Shown in pieces: positions 20,781-30,137 of a stretch of 64,000 nt of DNA. Position 1 is the stretch's first letter. Every line of letters starts with the position of its first letter. Both the position numbers and the translations under genes were made by a program. The DNA is from Acidithiobacillus sp. GTDB taxonomy: Bacteria > Pseudomonadota > Gammaproteobacteria > Acidithiobacillales > Acidithiobacillaceae. Below the pieces are notes generated by a model. That model searched no databases and was not told the origin of the DNA. It worked only from the letters and a program-made list of their open reading frames with translations. The stretch lies in assembly GCF_027322205.1 (NCBI RefSeq), contig NZ_DAHVHY010000001.1, positions 11,060 to 75,059 on the forward strand, given 5' to 3'.

Positions 20781-21944
20781 ATGTTTGAACTCAATGAATG
20801 TGAACAAGACGGTGCTGTCATCAAAGTGATCGGCGTCGGTGGCGGTGGCGGTAACGCTATCAACAACATGTGCGCGGCGGGTCTGGAAGGGGTGGAATTC
20901 ATCACCGCCAATACCGATGCCCAGGCGCTACGCCATTCCCACGCCAGCCACACCATCCAGCTCGGCGCCCAGATTACCCGCGGCCTCGGTGCTGGCGCCG
21001 ATCCCGAAGTCGGTCGCAAGGCTGCCGAAGAAGGCCGTGACGAAATCCGCGCAGCCTTGGAGAAGGCCGACATGGTCTTCATCACCACCGGCATGGGGGG
21101 TGGCACCGGCACCGGCGCCGCCCCCGTGGTGGCGGCCATTGCCCGCGACATGGGCATCCTTACCGTCGGAGTGGTCACCAAGCCATTCAACTTTGAGGGC
21201 AAGAAGCGTCAGCAACACGCCCTCTCCGGCATCGACGAACTCTCCCAGTATGTGGACTCACTGGTCATCATCCCCAACGAAAAGCTGTTGTCCGTCCTTG
21301 GCAAAAACATCAGCCTCAAGGACGCCTATCAGGCCGCCGACAACATCCTCCTCGGCGCCGTGCAGGGTATCTCCGAGCTGGTCACCCGCCCCGGCCTGAT
21401 GAACCTCGACTTCGCCGATGTCCGCACCGTCATGTCTGGCATGGGCCTGGCGATGATGGGTGCCGCCAGCGGTCGCGGCGAAAACCGTGCCAAAGACGCG
21501 GCCACCCGCGCTGCTTCCAGTCCGCTGCTGGACGATATCAACCTCTCCGGCGCCCGCGGCATTCTGGTCAACATCACCGCTGGCATGGACCTGACCCTGG
21601 GCGAGTTTGAAGAAGTCGGCGAACTGATCCGTGGCTATGCCGCTGATGATGCCAACGTCAAGGTCGGTACCGTGCTCGATCCGGAACTGGAAGGGGAACT
21701 GCGGGTCACCGTGGTTGCCACCGGTCTGCAGCGGGAACCCGTGCGTCTGGCGGTCGAAAACATTCGCACCCGCCCGGCAGCGACCCCAGCCACTGCCGCA
21801 GACTGGCGCAATCTCGACAAACCCACTGGTATGCGTCAGGCCGAACGCCCCGCGGCCCCGGTAGCCGCCGCACGCGGCGGTAATAACACCCCTAACTATG
21901 CCGACCTGGACATCCCCGCCTTTTTGCGCCGTCAGGCGGACTAA
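20781..21944 (+). CDS. ftsZ: Cell division protein FtsZ
   Basis: GVGGGGGNA, GMGGGTGTG tubulin signature, C-terminal DIPAFLRRQAD. Confidence 0.99.
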   Translation: MFELNECEQDGAVIKVIGVGGGGGNAINNMCAAGLEGVEFITANTDAQALRHSHASHTIQLGAQITRGLGAGADPEVGRKAAEEGRDEIRAALEKADMVFITTGMGGGTGTGAAPVVAAIARDMGILTVGVVTKPFNFEGKKRQQHALSGIDELSQYVDSLVIIPNEKLLSVLGKNISLKDAYQAADNILLGAVQGISELVTRPGLMNLDFADVRTVMSGMGLAMMGAASGRGENRAKDAATRAASSPLLDDINLSGARGILVNITAGMDLTLGEFEEVGELIRGYAADDANVKVGTVLDPELEGELRVTVVATGLQREPVRLAVENIRTRPAATPATAADWRNLDKPTGMRQAERPAAPVAAARGGNNTPNYADLDIPAFLRRQAD

Positions 21945-21960
21945 GGCCAGTAAAACCGGG

Positions 21961-22419
21961 TCAGCACAGTAAAGGCGCTTGACCCGGGCGGCAGCGTTCT
22001 TTGCTCGGCCGCGGCCCCTTAGCCGCCGCCTGTCGCACCAGTTCGTCTTCATCCGCCAGCAACTGCGTCCGCTGAACTTGCGTCAGCAATGGATTGCGGG
22101 CGATGGCATAGCGCACGTTAGGGTCGTGATCCTGACAAAACCCCCCCACCTGTTCTGCCGTTAAATCCGGCCTTTTCGCAATACACAGGCGGATAACATA
22201 GTCCCCATCCTCTGCCAGCACCGCCACTTCCTCCAACCGCAGGTCCGCACGGCGGGCAAAATAGCAGCGGGTCTGCATCCACTGCTCCGTCAACAAAAAC
22301 GACCGGTACCCTTCCGGCAATTCCGGACTCAATGCCCACTGCAATCGGGCAGCCAGCGCAAGGCTCCGCCACGGATCTTCCGTCGTTTTTATGCCCTGTA
22401 ACATAGCATCCATTGCCAA
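21961..22419 (-). CDS. LRV/HEAT-like repeat protein
   Basis: Three ~24-aa repeats: EDGDYVIRLCIAKR, DHDPNVRYAIARN, DEDELVRQAAAK. Confidence 0.7.
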   Translation of the reverse strand: MAMDAMLQGIKTTEDPWRSLALAARLQWALSPELPEGYRSFLLTEQWMQTRCYFARRADLRLEEVAVLAEDGDYVIRLCIAKRPDLTAEQVGGFCQDHDPNVRYAIARNPLLTQVQRTQLLADEDELVRQAAAKGPRPSKERCRPGQAPLLC

Positions 22420-22434
22420 ACCGCTACAGCGTGT

Positions 22435-23292
22435 TCAGCCCGCTACCAGGTGCCCAGAAGAATCACGGTCGGCGGTGCTCATTGCCTTACGGTAACGACT
22501 GAGATCTTTGGCACTCTGAAGGGGTGTTCCGAGCAAAGCAGAAAGATTACGTAAGATGCCATTGACTACCTTGCCCTCCCAGATTACGTCGAAATGGATC
22601 TGGGTATCCAGCCATTGCTCCAGCCAGCCCGGATCCGGCAGATGGCTTTGCACGCTGTCGTCAGGGTACATGGCTTTGTTCACATGGAGATTGGTGGGAT
22701 GCAATGCCTTCGCCGTCTTGGTGTTGGCCATGAGCACACCGATCTTGGCAAAAGCCAGACGCGCGGTATCCCCAAGGCGATCAATCGCGCGCCGCATATA
22801 CTTAAGATAAATGCCCGCGTGCCGCGCCTCATCCTTGGATAGCACCTCGTAAATCGTGCGAATCACCGGCTCGCTGTGCCACTGCGCCGCACATTTGTAC
22901 CAATGCGTCAGACGAATTTCGCCGCAAAAATGGAGCATGAGCGTCTCCATCGCCGGGGCTGGATCAAATTCAAAGCGCACGTTGTGCAACTCTTCTTCTG
23001 TCGGCAGATATTCCGGCGCAAAGCGGCGCAAATATTCCATGAGCACCAAAGCGTGCTTCTGTTCTTCATAGAACCAGATGGACATGAAGGCCGAAAAATC
23101 GGAGTCATTCCGGTTGTCCCGGAGAAACATTTCCGTCGCCGGGAGTGCGGACCACTCGGTGACCGCATTCATCTTGATCGTGCGCAACTGCTCATCGCTC
23201 ACCAGACTACGGTCAAATTGCTCCCAGGGAATATCCGTGGCCATGTTCCAGCGCGCGGCCTCCAGTGATTTGAACAACTCAGGGTATAACAT
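22435..23292 (-). CDS. Ferritin-like diiron protein (acyl-ACP desaturase/AurF-like fold)
   Basis: Two ExxH motifs (EEQKH, DEARH) with upstream Glu (TEW, GEIR); ATG start at MLYPELF. Confidence 0.8.
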   Translation of the reverse strand: MLYPELFKSLEAARWNMATDIPWEQFDRSLVSDEQLRTIKMNAVTEWSALPATEMFLRDNRNDSDFSAFMSIWFYEEQKHALVLMEYLRRFAPEYLPTEEELHNVRFEFDPAPAMETLMLHFCGEIRLTHWYKCAAQWHSEPVIRTIYEVLSKDEARHAGIYLKYMRRAIDRLGDTARLAFAKIGVLMANTKTAKALHPTNLHVNKAMYPDDSVQSHLPDPGWLEQWLDTQIHFDVIWEGKVVNGILRNLSALLGTPLQSAKDLSRYRKAMSTADRDSSGHLVAG

Positions 23293-23564
23293 AGCGAACA
23301 CACCTCTCTGGCGTTCTCAATAATGAGCGCCTGGACACCTCAATCTTTCCGCCCACCAGACGAAAGTTGCGCGCCGACACCCCCAGACTTTGCGGCGACA
23401 CCCGCGAAGCTTCACACCTATCTTGTGGCATTCTACGCCAAATCCCCGCATTGGGCGATGGCCCTGTTTATTTCCCCTGGCATTCGCCTTAGACACGAAT
23501 GACCTGGATTTATCCGGCCATTTGCGGCAGACTTTACGGATATACTTAGTGTTACGCGGAATCT

Positions 23565-24026
23565 ATGGCTGCATCATCTCCTCATATCCTTGTACTGCAT
23601 GGTCCGAACCTGAATCTGCTGGGTAGCCGTGAGCCCGGCCATTATGGGCAGACCACCCTCGCTGAAATCGATGCCGGGATGCAGGCGCACGCGCAGGGAT
23701 GGGGCTGGCGACTGCGCAGCCTGCAGAGTAACGCCGAACACATACTGATCGATGCTGTTCAGGAAGCGGCCCGGCAGGGCGTCACATACATCATCATCAA
23801 CCCCGCGGCCTTCACCCATACCAGTGTCGCCCTGCGTGATGCGCTGGCTGCCGTCCAGATCCCCTTTATTGAAGTGCATTTATCCAACATCCATGCCCGG
23901 GAACCGTTCCGCCGCCGTTCCTATTTCTCCGATCTCGCCCAAGGCATCATCGCGGGACTGGGTGCGGATGGGTATTTCCTGGCGCTGGATGCCATTCATC
24001 GACGCCTGAAGCGCCATAACCCATAA
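23565..24026 (+). CDS. aroQ: Type II 3-dehydroquinate dehydratase
   Basis: [29 protein letters not shown]. Confidence 0.97.
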   Translation: MAASSPHILVLHGPNLNLLGSREPGHYGQTTLAEIDAGMQAHAQGWGWRLRSLQSNAEHILIDAVQEAARQGVTYIIINPAAFTHTSVALRDALAAVQIPFIEVHLSNIHAREPFRRRSYFSDLAQGIIAGLGADGYFLALDAIHRRLKRHNP

Positions 24027-24045
24027 CTGATACCAAGGAAAGAGC

Positions 24046-24513
24046 ATGGATATCCAATTCATCCGCCGCCTGGCCGAACTGCTGGAAAAAAGTGCCATTG
24101 ATGAAATAGAAGTGGTAGAGGGCGACAGTAAAGTCCGAATCACCCGGCACGTCGCGCCTGCTCATATGGCACCGACCATTACCTGCACTCAGCCAGCGGC
24201 AGTTGCTGCTGCAATACCCACCGACACAGCGGTAGCGACCACACCTGCCGCTGTTGAGCAGCCACCCCAAGGCTACATGATCAAATCGCCCATGGTTGGC
24301 ACCTTTTACCGCGCCGCCTCCCCAGAAGCCGCGCCCTTTGTAGAAGAAGGCAGCATTATCAAGGCTGGCCAGACCCTCTGTATTATCGAAGCCATGAAGT
24401 TGCTCAACGAAATCGAGGCCGACATCTCCGGAAAAGTGATCAAGGTCCTCGCCAGCAACAGCCAACCCGTCGAATACGGTGAACCCCTGTTCATCATTGC
24501 ACCCGAGGATTGA
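24046..24513 (+). CDS. accB: Biotin carboxyl carrier protein
   Basis: [12 protein letters not shown] biotinylation motif. Confidence 0.97.
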   Translation: MDIQFIRRLAELLEKSAIDEIEVVEGDSKVRITRHVAPAHMAPTITCTQPAAVAAAIPTDTAVATTPAAVEQPPQGYMIKSPMVGTFYRAASPEAAPFVEEGSIIKAGQTLCIIEAMKLLNEIEADISGKVIKVLASNSQPVEYGEPLFIIAPED

Positions 24514-24514
24514 G

Positions 24515-25861
24515 ATGTTTGAGAAAATCCTCATCGCCAATCGCGGCGAGATTGCCCTGCGTATTCAGCGCGCCTGCCGCGAACTGGGCATTCGCACCGT
24601 CGCCGTCCACTCCGAGCCCGATCGCGATCTTCTGCATGTCAAACTCGCCGACGAGTCGGTGTGCATCGGCCCGGCACCCAGCGACAAAAGTTATCTGAAT
24701 ATTCCCGCCGTGATTGCGGCCGCCGAGGTGACTGACGCCGAAGCCATTCACCCCGGCTACGGCTTCCTTTCGGAAAATGCCGACTTCGCCGAACGGGTCG
24801 AAAAAAGTGGCTTTGCCTTTATCGGCCCGCGGGCCGAGACTATCCGCCTGATGGGCGACAAAATTGCCGCCAAGACGGCGATGAAGAAGGCTGGAGTGCC
24901 CTGTGTACCAGGCTCCGACGGGCCTTTGCCCGACGATAGCGAAGCCCTCAAGACCCTCGCCCGCGAGATCGGTTACCCCGTCATTCTCAAGGCCGCTGGT
25001 GGTGGTGGTGGTCGCGGTATGCGGGTCGTGCATACGGAAGCGCATCTCATCAACGCCGCCAATCTGACCCGTGCCGAGGCGGGCAAGGCCTTCGGCAACC
25101 CCACCCTGTACATGGAAAAATTCCTGGAGACACCGCGCCATATCGAGTTTCAGATACTCTGCGATGCCCATGGCCACTGCGTTCATCTGGGTGAACGGGA
25201 CTGCTCGGTGCAGCGCCGCCATCAGAAAGTCATCGAAGAAGCGCCAGCTCCCGGCATCAGCGCCGCCCAGCGGGCTGAAATCGGCACATCGGTGGTCAAA
25301 GCCTGCGAGGATATGGGCTATCGGGGCGCCGGCACGATCGAGTTTCTCTACGATCCGGGCAACCAGACCTTCTACTTCATTGAAATGAATACACGCGTGC
25401 AGGTCGAGCACCCGGTCACGGAGCTGATTACCGGCATCGACATCGTCAAGGCGCAAATCCGCATAGCAGCAGGCCTGCCGCTTGGGATTCGCCAGGAAGA
25501 CGTTGTACTCAGCGGTCACGCCATCGAATGCCGTATCAATGCCGAAGACCCGGAACGTTTCGTACCCTCTCCTGGACAAATTACCGCCTGGCACCCACCC
25601 GGCGGGCCAGGCATCCGGGTCGACAGTCACATTTATGCGGGGTATCGCGTGCCACCCTTCTACGACTCCATGATCGGCAAAATCATCGCGTTCGGAAGCG
25701 ACCGTGAGGAAGCCAATATGCGTATGCGCAGCGCCCTGCGCGAGACCACCATTGAGGGTATTCAGACCAATATCCCCCTGCACCGACGGGTGCTGGAAGA
25801 GGCCCAGTACGCCGCAGGCGGGGTGCATATCCACTATCTGGAGGCCTTGCTCGCCCTATGA
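24515..25861 (+). CDS. accC: Biotin carboxylase
   Basis: [35 protein letters not shown]. Confidence 0.98.
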   Translation: MFEKILIANRGEIALRIQRACRELGIRTVAVHSEPDRDLLHVKLADESVCIGPAPSDKSYLNIPAVIAAAEVTDAEAIHPGYGFLSENADFAERVEKSGFAFIGPRAETIRLMGDKIAAKTAMKKAGVPCVPGSDGPLPDDSEALKTLAREIGYPVILKAAGGGGGRGMRVVHTEAHLINAANLTRAEAGKAFGNPTLYMEKFLETPRHIEFQILCDAHGHCVHLGERDCSVQRRHQKVIEEAPAPGISAAQRAEIGTSVVKACEDMGYRGAGTIEFLYDPGNQTFYFIEMNTRVQVEHPVTELITGIDIVKAQIRIAAGLPLGIRQEDVVLSGHAIECRINAEDPERFVPSPGQITAWHPPGGPGIRVDSHIYAGYRVPPFYDSMIGKIIAFGSDREEANMRMRSALRETTIEGIQTNIPLHRRVLEEAQYAAGGVHIHYLEALLAL

Positions 25862-26736
25862 AGATTGCCTGGTGGCAGCTCGGCATGCGTGTCCCCGCGG
25901 CAGTTACGGCGGCCATCGAGGTGCAATTGCAGGATGCTGGCGCAGAAGCCGTCAGCTTTCTTGAAGGCGACGACAGTGAAGCCGTATTCGATGCAGGGCT
26001 GATCTGGCAGAACAGCCAGTGCCAGGCCTTGTTTCCTGCCGACGACCATAGTGAAGCGACCCTGCAAAGGCTGGTCAGAGACCATGACTGGCAGCAATTC
26101 GCAGCACAATTCACGCCGCTGGAGGAACAGGACTGGGTAGCGGCGACGCAGGCCGCTTTCCCGGCACGCTGCTTCGGTCGCCTCTGGGTAGCCCCCAGTT
26201 GGGATGCGGCGCCCGCCGACGCCCATCGCGTGCTCCATCTCGATCCCGGCCAGGCCTTTGGCACCGGCGCCCATGCCACCACGGCTCTCTGCCTGCGTTT
26301 CCTGGACGCGCAGATCCGCGGGGGCGAAAGCCTTATCGATTACGGTTGCGGCTCCGGTATCCTGGCTATCGCCGGGCTGCTGCTGGGAGTCGGCCAAGCC
26401 TTCGGCGTAGATACGGATCCCGTTGCGCTGCAGGTAGCCACCGCCAATGCTGAAAGCAACGGCGTCGGTACCGGCCTGCAGCTCGCGCTGCCGGAAAACG
26501 CCAGTCTGCCCATGGCCGACATCCTGGTCGCCAACATACTGGCAACTCCCCTGCTGGCCCTCGCGCCCACCCTGGCTGACGCTGTCCGTCCCAGAGGCTG
26601 GATCGCACTGTCCGGCATCCTGCACCATCAGGAAGCGGAGATTAACGCCGCCTATAGACCCTATTTCGATCTCGCCGCCCCGCAACACGAAGAAGACTGG
26701 TCGCTCATCTATGGCCAGCGCAAAATCGGAGTATGA
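25858..26736 (+). CDS. prmA: Ribosomal protein L11 methyltransferase
   Basis: [29 protein letters not shown]. Confidence 0.95.
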   Translation: MKIAWWQLGMRVPAAVTAAIEVQLQDAGAEAVSFLEGDDSEAVFDAGLIWQNSQCQALFPADDHSEATLQRLVRDHDWQQFAAQFTPLEEQDWVAATQAAFPARCFGRLWVAPSWDAAPADAHRVLHLDPGQAFGTGAHATTALCLRFLDAQIRGGESLIDYGCGSGILAIAGLLLGVGQAFGVDTDPVALQVATANAESNGVGTGLQLALPENASLPMADILVANILATPLLALAPTLADAVRPRGWIALSGILHHQEAEINAAYRPYFDLAAPQHEEDWSLIYGQRKIGV

Positions 26737-27371
26737 CCATGGAAATCACCTGCCCCCGCTGTGAATCGACCTTTGCCACGGATGGTAAAGCCCTGCGCGA
26801 GCATCACTATCAGGTGAAATGCAGCGTCTGCCAACAAATCTTCCATATTGATATTGCCGCAGAGGAAACGCGTGCCGGTAGCAGCCTGGGGCGTCGTCTG
26901 GGTAGATTTCTGCTCATCCTGGCCATCATCCTGCTGATTACCGCCCTGATCGGGCAGGTACTTTGGTGGACACGCAGCTACAGTTACGCTGCCACCAGCG
27001 CGCCAGTACGCCATATGTTGCTGGATGGCGCCGAACAACTGGGCATCACCATTCCGTGGCCAGGCCCCAACAAAGACATCCGTATTTTAAACAGTCAGGT
27101 TACCCCGGTGGGGGATCATTTGGCGCGCATCACCGGCAGCATCGAAAATGTGGCCAACCAGGTCCAGGCCTACCCGGTGATCGAAGTCACCCTCAGCAAT
27201 GTCTATGGTGCACCGATTGCGCATCTGCAGTTTACCGCCGCTCAATACCTGAGCGGAGAATTTCATGCCAGCGCCGGATTTGTTCCTGGCACTGCGGTAC
27301 CATTTACCCTCAGCGGCCCTGCCTTGACGGCGGCCGCCGGTTACCAAGTCACTCTCCTCAGTCGTCCCTGA
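26733..27371 (+). CDS. Zinc-ribbon/DUF3426 membrane protein
   Basis: CPRC..CSVC zinc ribbon, one TM, periplasmic domain; typical position after prmA. Confidence 0.8.
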   Translation: MTMEITCPRCESTFATDGKALREHHYQVKCSVCQQIFHIDIAAEETRAGSSLGRRLGRFLLILAIILLITALIGQVLWWTRSYSYAATSAPVRHMLLDGAEQLGITIPWPGPNKDIRILNSQVTPVGDHLARITGSIENVANQVQAYPVIEVTLSNVYGAPIAHLQFTAAQYLSGEFHASAGFVPGTAVPFTLSGPALTAAAGYQVTLLSRP

Positions 27372-27382
27372 GGAGGCTGGCC

Positions 27383-27625
27383 ATGGGAACCACGGACCTG
27401 TCTTTGAGCGATTGCGTAACCCTGGTCATGGACCGCTATCTGGCGGATTTGCAGGGTGAAGTACCCAGCAACTTGCACGCACTGATCATAGACGAGGTGG
27501 AACGTGCCCTGCTCGCTAACACGCTGCAACATTGTAGCGGGCAACGCGGCATGGCTGCCCAATGGCTGGGCATCAATCGCAACACTTTGCGTAAGAAACT
27601 ACAGGCCTACGGATTAGATACCTGA
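27383..27625 (+). CDS. fis: Fis family DNA-binding protein
   Basis: EVERALL, AAQWLGINRNTLRKKL helix-turn-helix; AGGAGG RBS. Confidence 0.9.
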   Translation: MGTTDLSLSDCVTLVMDRYLADLQGEVPSNLHALIIDEVERALLANTLQHCSGQRGMAAQWLGINRNTLRKKLQAYGLDT

Positions 27626-28275
27626 ATCAACTGCGGAGCGGCGTTCGCCACCGATTGCGGGTTCGCACCGACCACGTTGCCGCCACCATTCATCAGGTAC
27701 TGCTGATAATAAGCGAGCACCCGCGGCACGTAAGCCTGGGTTTCTGCAAAAGGCGGAATATGATAACCCGCCTGGATCACGGCCTTCGATCCCGCATTGT
27801 AGGCGGCCACCGCCAGCTTCAGGTCACCACTAAATACCCGCAGCAAATGGGCCAGGTACGCCGTGCCACCGTTGATGTTATCAGCCGGGCTGAAGGAATT
27901 GGCCACCCCAAAACGATCCGCCGTTGCCGGAATGAGCTGCATCAACCCGACTGCCCCTTTGGGTGAAACCGCCCCCGCGTTGTAACCGGACTCGGCGCTG
28001 ATCACGGCGTTAATCAGCGCCGGACTGACCCCATAACGGCTAGCTGCCGCCCGAATCAGTGCCTGATAATGCGCCCTGGCCACCCTGTTAAAATCCGCGC
28101 GCGCCACGGCTACCGCCATTTTCGGCGTCCGCATCACCATCCGGTACTTGTTATTCCCGGCAGGCACGTTGGTCAGATGCACCACCCCGCTGCTATCGGT
28201 GTACGCATAAATATTGGCCTCAGCCGTGCTTCCGCAAAGCAGCAGCATCGCACCGAGCATCAGGCCAAGCCTCAC
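27607..28275 (-). CDS. Lytic transglycosylase (SLT) with N-terminal DUF4124-like segment
   Basis: Signal peptide, YAYTDSSGVVHLTNVP, AESGYN, GAVGLMQL, AAYNAG, ETQAYV. Confidence 0.9.
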   Translation of the reverse strand: MRLGLMLGAMLLLCGSTAEANIYAYTDSSGVVHLTNVPAGNNKYRMVMRTPKMAVAVARADFNRVARAHYQALIRAAASRYGVSPALINAVISAESGYNAGAVSPKGAVGLMQLIPATADRFGVANSFSPADNINGGTAYLAHLLRVFSGDLKLAVAAYNAGSKAVIQAGYHIPPFAETQAYVPRVLAYYQQYLMNGGGNVVGANPQSVANAAPQLIQVSNP

Positions 28276-28685
28276 TTCACCACCCGCAGTGAAGGGCGCT
28301 CGAGCTTACTGGGGGGGTTATCCGCGTTCTCAACACCGCCTCCCTCTGGGGGCGGCGGTGTGGTTGGGATTTCAGGATCGGCAAAGCCCATCCCCTCCTG
28401 CGTCTCCGCAGCGTAAATCGCCGCCACCGCCGCCATCGGTACATCCACCGTGCGGGCGACCCCACCAAAGCGGGCGTTAAAAGAAATCCAGCCATCCGCC
28501 ATACGGAGACTGTGGCAGGCGCGCGGCGAGACATCAAGAATCATCCGTCCATCCTTTTCGTAGCCACTCGGAACAGACATTCCCGGATAAGCCACCACCA
28601 CCAGAATATACGGGGTATGCCCCTGATCCACACACCACTGATAGACCGCATTGAGCAGGTAGGGCTTAGCACTTTCAGGTAACAA
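28272..28685 (-). CDS. sspB: ClpXP adaptor stringent starvation protein B
   Basis: PYLLNAVYQWCVD..TPY, FNARFGGV, C-terminal RPSLRVVK ClpX-binding tail; TTG start with GGAG RBS. Confidence 0.93.
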   Translation of the reverse strand: MLPESAKPYLLNAVYQWCVDQGHTPYILVVVAYPGMSVPSGYEKDGRMILDVSPRACHSLRMADGWISFNARFGGVARTVDVPMAAVAAIYAAETQEGMGFADPEIPTTPPPPEGGGVENADNPPSKLERPSLRVVK

Positions 28686-29307
28686 TTTTGTTCTCCATCA
28701 TCAGCATCCAGCCATATAACCGGTGCAGGCCAAGGACACATGGGTTGCCCCTATCGCTGCTGCATCCAAACTTATCCATAAAACGTTTATAGACGATTTT
28801 TCGGAATTCTCAAGATAGTTCAGATGCAGACGGTAGGATCAGGCGACGGCACAACACTGTTCGGTCCCGATTCAACATAACATATCTGCATGTTTAAACA
28901 CGATTTATGCTAACAAATCTTTTATAGAGCAGACCTTTTTTGCACATCCAGGAAATATCACACCCCTCTTGCAGTAATCTCTAAAATATGAGGCATAAAC
29001 GCACGCGCTTTAGTGATAGGCCCCGCTGGTGCCGCAGTCCTGCCCGTCTGCACCACCACCCAGCAAGAGGTCAGAGAGGGCGCTGGAGCAGAACTTTCTA
29101 GCAGCAGGCCATGGCAGAGGGGGTCTCAGCGGCCCAGCAGCGGGTGTGCTGCCGGCAGACGCGACGGCTTGGGCAGACCTGGCGAGGATCGGCTACCGGA
29201 GCGCTCGTTGATGCCGCCTTGGCTCGGTGAGTGACTCTTTGCTGAAAGAGAGATAATCTACATCGTCACAATAACTCACAGAGTCTGCAAAGAGAATATA
29301 TCAAGAC

Positions 29308-30090
29308 ATGCTAGAAACGATAACACTATGTATTTTGGCAAGTATAATATCCAGCCAAATCGTGCTTACCATGCTAATCCTTTGCCCTCGCTGCAAATTG
29401 ATCAGCCCAAACTTAGTCCGCCTGCCCCAAGCCGCTATCGCACGTCGCGAAATTGCTCTCACCTTCGACGACGGGCCACATGCAGAAATAACCCCGCAAA
29501 TACTAGATCACCTAGATCTACATAACGCCAAAGCCACCTTTTTTTGCATTGGTGAGAAAGTTGCTGCGCACCCGAATTTAGTCGCCGAAATAATGCGTCG
29601 AGGCCATAGCGTAGAAAATCACAGTTATCGCCACAATACGCTTTTCGCCTTCAGCAGCCCAAGTTTATTAGCGAACGACATTGTTAAAACGCAAAAAGCC
29701 ATCGAAGCTGCGACACATGGAACAGCACCACGTTTCTTCCGCGCGCCTTTTGGCTTTCGCAGTCCATTCTTGGGCAGGGTATTACGGCGACTGGGCCTGC
29801 AACACGTCGCGTGGACTCGACGTGGTTACGACACGACATCTCGAAATCCAGACACCGTGCTCCGCCGCCTCAGCCGCAATCTGGCCGCCGGAGACATATT
29901 GTTATTGCATGACGGCAAACCAGGGCTAGTTGTGTTACCCAGACTACTAGAACTGTGTAGCCATAAAGAACTACGTAGCGTGTCTTTATCCATGATATTT
30001 AAGGATGTCGAAACGCCCCCACAAATATGCAACCGTACCATGACAAGTGCTGGCGGTGATCACACACCATCGACGAATGCGCCGAGCTAA
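29308..30090 (+). CDS. Polysaccharide deacetylase (CE4/NodB family), membrane anchored
   Basis: TFDDGP, NHSYRH, RAPFG, DILLLHD motifs; N-terminal hydrophobic helix. Confidence 0.9.
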   Translation: MLETITLCILASIISSQIVLTMLILCPRCKLISPNLVRLPQAAIARREIALTFDDGPHAEITPQILDHLDLHNAKATFFCIGEKVAAHPNLVAEIMRRGHSVENHSYRHNTLFAFSSPSLLANDIVKTQKAIEAATHGTAPRFFRAPFGFRSPFLGRVLRRLGLQHVAWTRRGYDTTSRNPDTVLRRLSRNLAAGDILLLHDGKPGLVVLPRLLELCSHKELRSVSLSMIFKDVETPPQICNRTMTSAGGDHTPSTNAPS

Positions 30091-30137
30091 CTAGTTCAGT
30101 GTAGCTTTTATAGAAAGCGCCACTGGAGGAACGACAG

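Noticed and set aside
4485-21944. dcw cluster scanned for anomalies
   Set aside because: Complete, canonical order with intact catalytic motifs; ordinary
24494-25834. Long antisense ORFs (446 aa here; also 9380-10510, 16556-17677, 19409-20518, 21258-22052, 62259-63380)
   Set aside because: Shadows of well-supported high-GC genes on the opposite strand, with no motifs or RBS
28772-28780. TTATCCATA, one mismatch from a DnaA box, in AT-rich DNA
   Set aside because: Single imperfect box with no cluster or DUE; expected by chance
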